NCBI GenBank assembly: GCA_965200965.1
Contig: OZ241744.1
Coordinates: 2,784,001 to 2,848,000, forward strand
Direction of reading: 5' to 3'
Origin: an uncultured Candidatus Binatia bacterium
GTDB taxonomy: Bacteria > Desulfobacterota > Binatia > Bin18
Length of the DNA stretch: 64,000 nt
The notes below the pieces were generated by a model, which was not told the DNA's origin, made no database searches, and worked only from the letters and a program-made list of their open reading frames with translations. This document shows, piece after piece, positions 60,348 to 64,000 of the stretch. Every line of letters begins with the position of its first letter. Positions within the stretch are counted from its first letter, which is position 1. The position numbers and the translations under genes were made by a program.

Positions 60348-61334
60348 ATGACCATGCTGATTCGTTCTCGCCGCGGCTGGGAGATGCCGCAACGCCTGGC
60401 CACCCCGGAAGATGTGTATGTCAACCGGCGCAGGTTTCTCCAGGCCGTGGGGCTTACCGGCCTGAGCGCACTTGGCCTTGGGTGTGAGAGCCGGGCCGAA
60501 AGCCAGGCCGCCGCCGAGTTGGGCGCGCTTCGGGGTCTGCCCGCGCCCAGCCCGACCGCGGACCTGTATCCGGCCAAACGCTCTGCGCGCTATACGCTGG
60601 ACCGGCCGCTGACCAGAGAAACCGTCGCCGCCACCTATAATAATTTCTACGAGTTCTCACCCCGCAAAGAACACGTTGCCCGCCTGGTGTCCAGTTTTCA
60701 AACCCGCCCGTGGCAAATTGAGGTGGCCGGCCTGGTCAGGAAACCCCGGACCCTGGATATTGATGAGCTCGTCCGCCTCATGCCGCTTGAAGAACGGCTG
60801 TACCGCCATCGGTGTGTCGAAGCCTGGTCTATGGCCGTGCCCTGGACGGGGTTTCCGATCTCGGCTTTTCTCGATCTGCTTGAACCCCTGTCCTCGGCCA
60901 GATTCATGCGTATGCTGACCTTCAACAAGGTTGACCAGGCCCCGGGGATGCGGGATAGGAGCTACCCCTGGCCGTATTTTGAGGGCCTGAGCCTGGCCGA
61001 GGCGAGCAACGAACTGGCCCTCTTCGTGACCGGCATCTATGGCCACGAGTTGACCAAGCAGCACGGCGCACCGATTCGACTCGTCGTGCCCTGGAAGTAC
61101 GGCTACAAGAGCATCAAGTCGATCGTGCGGATTGAGTTCACCGCCGAGCAGCCGGGCACATTCTGGTCGTCTCTTATTCCGTGGGAGTACGATTTTGCAG
61201 CCAACGTCAACCCGGCGGTGCCCCATCCCCGCTGGTCGCAGGCGTATGAGCGGGTAATCGGCACCGGCGAGCGCCGGCCGACCCTGGCCTATAACGGGTA
61301 TGCAGAGTTTGTGGCCGGTCTGTACCGGACCTGA
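60348..61334 (+). CDS. msrP: Protein-methionine-sulfoxide reductase catalytic subunit
   Basis: Tat motif NRRRFL; YNNFYEF, RCVEAWSM.VPW.GFP, GAPIRLVVPWKYGYKSIKSI and HPRWSQA motifs. Confidence 0.95.
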   Translation: MTMLIRSRRGWEMPQRLATPEDVYVNRRRFLQAVGLTGLSALGLGCESRAESQAAAELGALRGLPAPSPTADLYPAKRSARYTLDRPLTRETVAATYNNFYEFSPRKEHVARLVSSFQTRPWQIEVAGLVRKPRTLDIDELVRLMPLEERLYRHRCVEAWSMAVPWTGFPISAFLDLLEPLSSARFMRMLTFNKVDQAPGMRDRSYPWPYFEGLSLAEASNELALFVTGIYGHELTKQHGAPIRLVVPWKYGYKSIKSIVRIEFTAEQPGTFWSSLIPWEYDFAANVNPAVPHPRWSQAYERVIGTGERRPTLAYNGYAEFVAGLYRT

Positions 61335-61339
61335 TGCGC

Positions 61340-62287
61340 CTAATGCGCAAAGGTCTCAATCGCATTGCGCACCGCCTCTCCATAGCTCTCGCCGCCAACC
61401 GGCGACGGGTTGAAGATCGGCATCTGAATCCCGGCCTCTTGAAACGCGGCCAAGCGCTCGCGGCAGCGGGCCGGCGGCCCGATCAGGCACAGATCATCGG
61501 CCATCTTGTCCGACACAAAGCCACTGCCGTCACCCGCGAGCAGGCTGGCCGCCTCGTCCTCATAGCCGCTGTCGTGAAACAACTTGTTATAGAACGGCAG
61601 GCCGCCATAGAACATCAGGCTCTGTTTGGCCGTCTCCATTGCCGTGGCCATATTGTCGTGAATACAGGTGATGAGGCCGGTCGTCACATCTATCTCAGCA
61701 ATCGAACGGCCGGCCCTGGCCGCGCCTTTTTCCAGGGCGGCCAGGGCGGTCGGCAGCCGGCTGGTCGGACACAGGTAGAGCATCACCCCGTCGGCCAGCT
61801 CGCCGCTGAGTTGGACCGTGCCCAGGGCCAGCGCACCGATATAGACCGGAATGCCATAGCTGGCCGCCCGGGGTTGCATCGCCATGCCGGGGATTGTTTT
61901 GCCGGCCGCCACATCGCGCAGCGCACTGATATAGGTGCGCAGAAAATGGCGTGGCTTGTCCATTTTCTCCTGGTAGACGCCCTCAACAATAGGTCTATGG
62001 CTCACCCCGAGTCCGAGAATCAGGCGGCCTTTTGAGGTGTCGTCAATAGCAACTGCGGTCTGGGCGCACAGGGCAGGATGGCGCAGATAGATATTGGCGA
62101 TCCAGGTACCGACCTTAATTTTTGTGCTTGCTTGGGCCATGATCTGGCAGTTGATGAGGGAGTCGTTCATAAACTCCGGCGAAAAAATTGCCTCAAACCC
62201 GGCCGACTCGGCATGACGCGCCATGTCTCGCAACTCGCTGAAACTGAGGCCCGACATGTTTGCGGCAACAATTCCTCGTCTCGCCAT
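61340..62287 (-). CDS. LLM-class flavin-dependent oxidoreductase
   Basis: RHPAL.A......D..S.GRLILGLG, PVYIGA and GELADGV motifs. Confidence 0.88.
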   Translation of the reverse strand: MARRGIVAANMSGLSFSELRDMARHAESAGFEAIFSPEFMNDSLINCQIMAQASTKIKVGTWIANIYLRHPALCAQTAVAIDDTSKGRLILGLGVSHRPIVEGVYQEKMDKPRHFLRTYISALRDVAAGKTIPGMAMQPRAASYGIPVYIGALALGTVQLSGELADGVMLYLCPTSRLPTALAALEKGAARAGRSIAEIDVTTGLITCIHDNMATAMETAKQSLMFYGGLPFYNKLFHDSGYEDEAASLLAGDGSGFVSDKMADDLCLIGPPARCRERLAAFQEAGIQMPIFNPSPVGGESYGEAVRNAIETFAH

Positions 62288-62487
62288 AAATCCGTCCTCC
62301 TTTTTTCATGCCTGTATGACCGGGCAAGTGTTCCATACAATTGAGGCCTCTGCAATGTGACGTTTCCCAAGGATGGAAATACCAAGTGTACTTTTCGTCT
62401 CAATAATCTCTTGCTTTATGTGCGGCTTTCTAGTAAGCGGTCTTGGAACTTGTTGAGTGCCAAACCAGATAGAAGGGAGAAAGACGT

Positions 62488-62841
62488 ATGGCAGAAGGGG
62501 TCGTGAGGTTGCAGAAACAGGCCGCCCGAATCCTGGCCAGTTTAGAAAAAGAGATTGCCAGAAAAGAAAAGGAAATAGTCGCTCTCCGGGAAGAGGTCGA
62601 TATCTGCGTGCAAATTCTGGGAAAGCAAGCCCCCCAGGCTCCGGCCGAAGCCCCAGCCAAAAGCGCGCCTCGGAAACGGATCGATTGGGCCGCGGTGCTT
62701 GACAGCTTGCCGGACCACTTCACTGGCAAAGACGTGGCGGACAAGATCAAGAAGCCGCCGGCCGCGGCCTACACCCGACTCTACCATATGGTAAAGACGG
62801 GTCGGCTGAATCGGACCGAGGACGGATACGAGAAGGTATAG
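62488..62841 (+). CDS. Hypothetical coiled-coil plus winged-helix-like protein
   Basis: AGGGAG RBS; N-terminal heptads; C-terminal FTGKDVA...[18 protein letters not shown]. Confidence 0.65.
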   Translation: MAEGVVRLQKQAARILASLEKEIARKEKEIVALREEVDICVQILGKQAPQAPAEAPAKSAPRKRIDWAAVLDSLPDHFTGKDVADKIKKPPAAAYTRLYHMVKTGRLNRTEDGYEKV

Positions 62842-62848
62842 GAGCTCA

Positions 62849-64000
62849 ATGCTGGCAACGGCGCTGTCGGGCGCATTAGTAGGTATTGATGGGCTGCTGG
62901 TAGAAGTTGAAGTTGATGTCGCCCTCGGCTTACCCCAGTTCACCACCGTCGGCCTGCCTGAAGGAGCGGTCCGCGAGAGCAAAGACCGCGTTCGCTCGGC
63001 TATCAAAAACTCCGGCTATGCGTTTCCCTCGCGGAAAATCACCGTCAACCTCGCCCCGGCCGATATCAAAAAAGAAGGCTCGGCCTACGACCTGCCGATC
63101 GCCCTTGGCATCCTGGCCGCCGAGGGCTGGCTGGAGAAAGACCGGCTCGCCGAGTATGTGCTGCTCGGAGAACTCTCTCTCGACGGTCGGGTAAAGCCCA
63201 TCCAGGGCATCCTGCCCCTGGCGGTCATGGCCAGGGAGCGGGGCCTCAAGGGCATCGTCGTCCCCCGCGACAACGCGGCTGAGGCGGCGGTGGTTGAGGG
63301 CGTCAAGGTGTTTGGCGTGGCCAGCCTTGGCGAGGCGTTTCTGTTTCTCAACCAGGAGCGGGACATCGCCCCGGAGTTGGTCAATCTCGAAGACGTGTTT
63401 GCCGCCCACTCCGGCTATGAGCTTGATTTTCACGATGTCAAAGGCCAGGACCACGTCAAGCGCGCCTTTGAGGTTGCCGCCAGCGGCGGGCATAATCTGC
63501 TGCTGGTCGGACCGCCCGGGGCCGGAAAAACCATGCTGGCACGCCGCCTGCCGACCATCCTGCCCGATATGACCCTGGCCGAGGCCATTGACGCCACCAA
63601 GGTCCACAGCGTTGCCGGGCTGCTGGACGGCAACGCCCTGGTTGCCACCCGCCCGTTCCGCTCGCCGCACCACACGATTTCCGACGCCGGTCTGATCGGT
63701 GGCGGGGCGATTCCCAAGCCGGGCGAGGTCTCGCTGGCCCATCACGGGGTGTTATTTCTGGACGAACTGCCGGAGTTCCGCAAAAACGTGCTGGAGGTCC
63801 TGCGCCAACCGCTGGAAGACGCCCGGGTGACCATCTCGCGGGCGCTGGGGTCCATCACCTACCCGGCCAACATCATGCTGGTCGCGGCCATGAACCCCTG
63901 CCCGTGCGGATTCTTCGGCGACCCCCAGCACGAGTGTCGCTGCACCCCGCAGCAGATTCAGCGCTACCGGGCCAAGGTGTCCGGGCCGCTGCTGGACCGG
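62849..64000 (+). CDS. comM: YifB/ComM Mg-chelatase-like AAA+ ATPase (3' end outside window)
   Basis: Manual translation: [54 protein letters not shown] and AAMNPCPCG. Confidence 0.95.
   Translation, partial: MLATALSGALVGIDGLLVEVEVDVALGLPQFTTVGLPEGAVRESKDRVRSAIKNSGYAFPSRKITVNLAPADIKKEGSAYDLPIALGILAAEGWLEKDRLAEYVLLGELSLDGRVKPIQGILPLAVMARERGLKGIVVPRDNAAEAAVVEGVKVFGVASLGEAFLFLNQERDIAPELVNLEDVFAAHSGYELDFHDVKGQDHVKRAFEVAASGGHNLLLVGPPGAGKTMLARRLPTILPDMTLAEAIDATKVHSVAGLLDGNALVATRPFRSPHHTISDAGLIGGGAIPKPGEVSLAHHGVLFLDELPEFRKNVLEVLRQPLEDARVTISRALGSITYPANIMLVAAMNPCPCGFFGDPQHECRCTPQQIQRYRAKVSGPLLDR

Noticed and set aside
58873-60351. 492-aa plus-strand ORF, and similar long antisense ORFs over lnt, phoH, alaS, fmt, cas3 and yifB
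   Set aside because: Shadows of well-supported genes on the opposite strand.
1-64000. tRNA, rRNA, integrase or transposase genes
   Set aside because: No recognisable signatures seen.

Overview
GC-rich bacterial chromosome segment (gene content resembles a deltaproteobacterial/Binatia-like lineage; inference only). Housekeeping genes: lnt, ybeY, phoH, alaS, recX, aroC, fmt, def, priA, aroK, aroB, msrP, yifB/comM. Accessory content: (i) a small defence islet with an antitoxin pseudogene, a 1261-aa RecD-like helicase-nuclease and a methyltransferase/endonuclease pair; (ii) a UGA-readthrough selenoprotein operon; (iii) an 8-gene envelope cluster (lipoproteins, PEGA/FGE protein, ExbB/MotA-like subunit, two Asp-TM+vWA subunits); (iv) a complete type I-E CRISPR-Cas system with a ~224-repeat array. 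The three strongest signals are CRISPR-derived and lie outside the array. First, a degenerate mini-array between cas3 and cas8e whose spacer matches the cas promoter next to an AAT PAM. Second, a solitary repeat with compensatory stem changes covering the cas6 stop and the cas1 ribosome-binding site. Third, a 28-bp duplication plus 32-bp insert inside recX with the geometry of an off-target Cas1-Cas2 integration. Short palindromic elements are also inserted in frame in several genes. All calls are by eye; no database searches were run.
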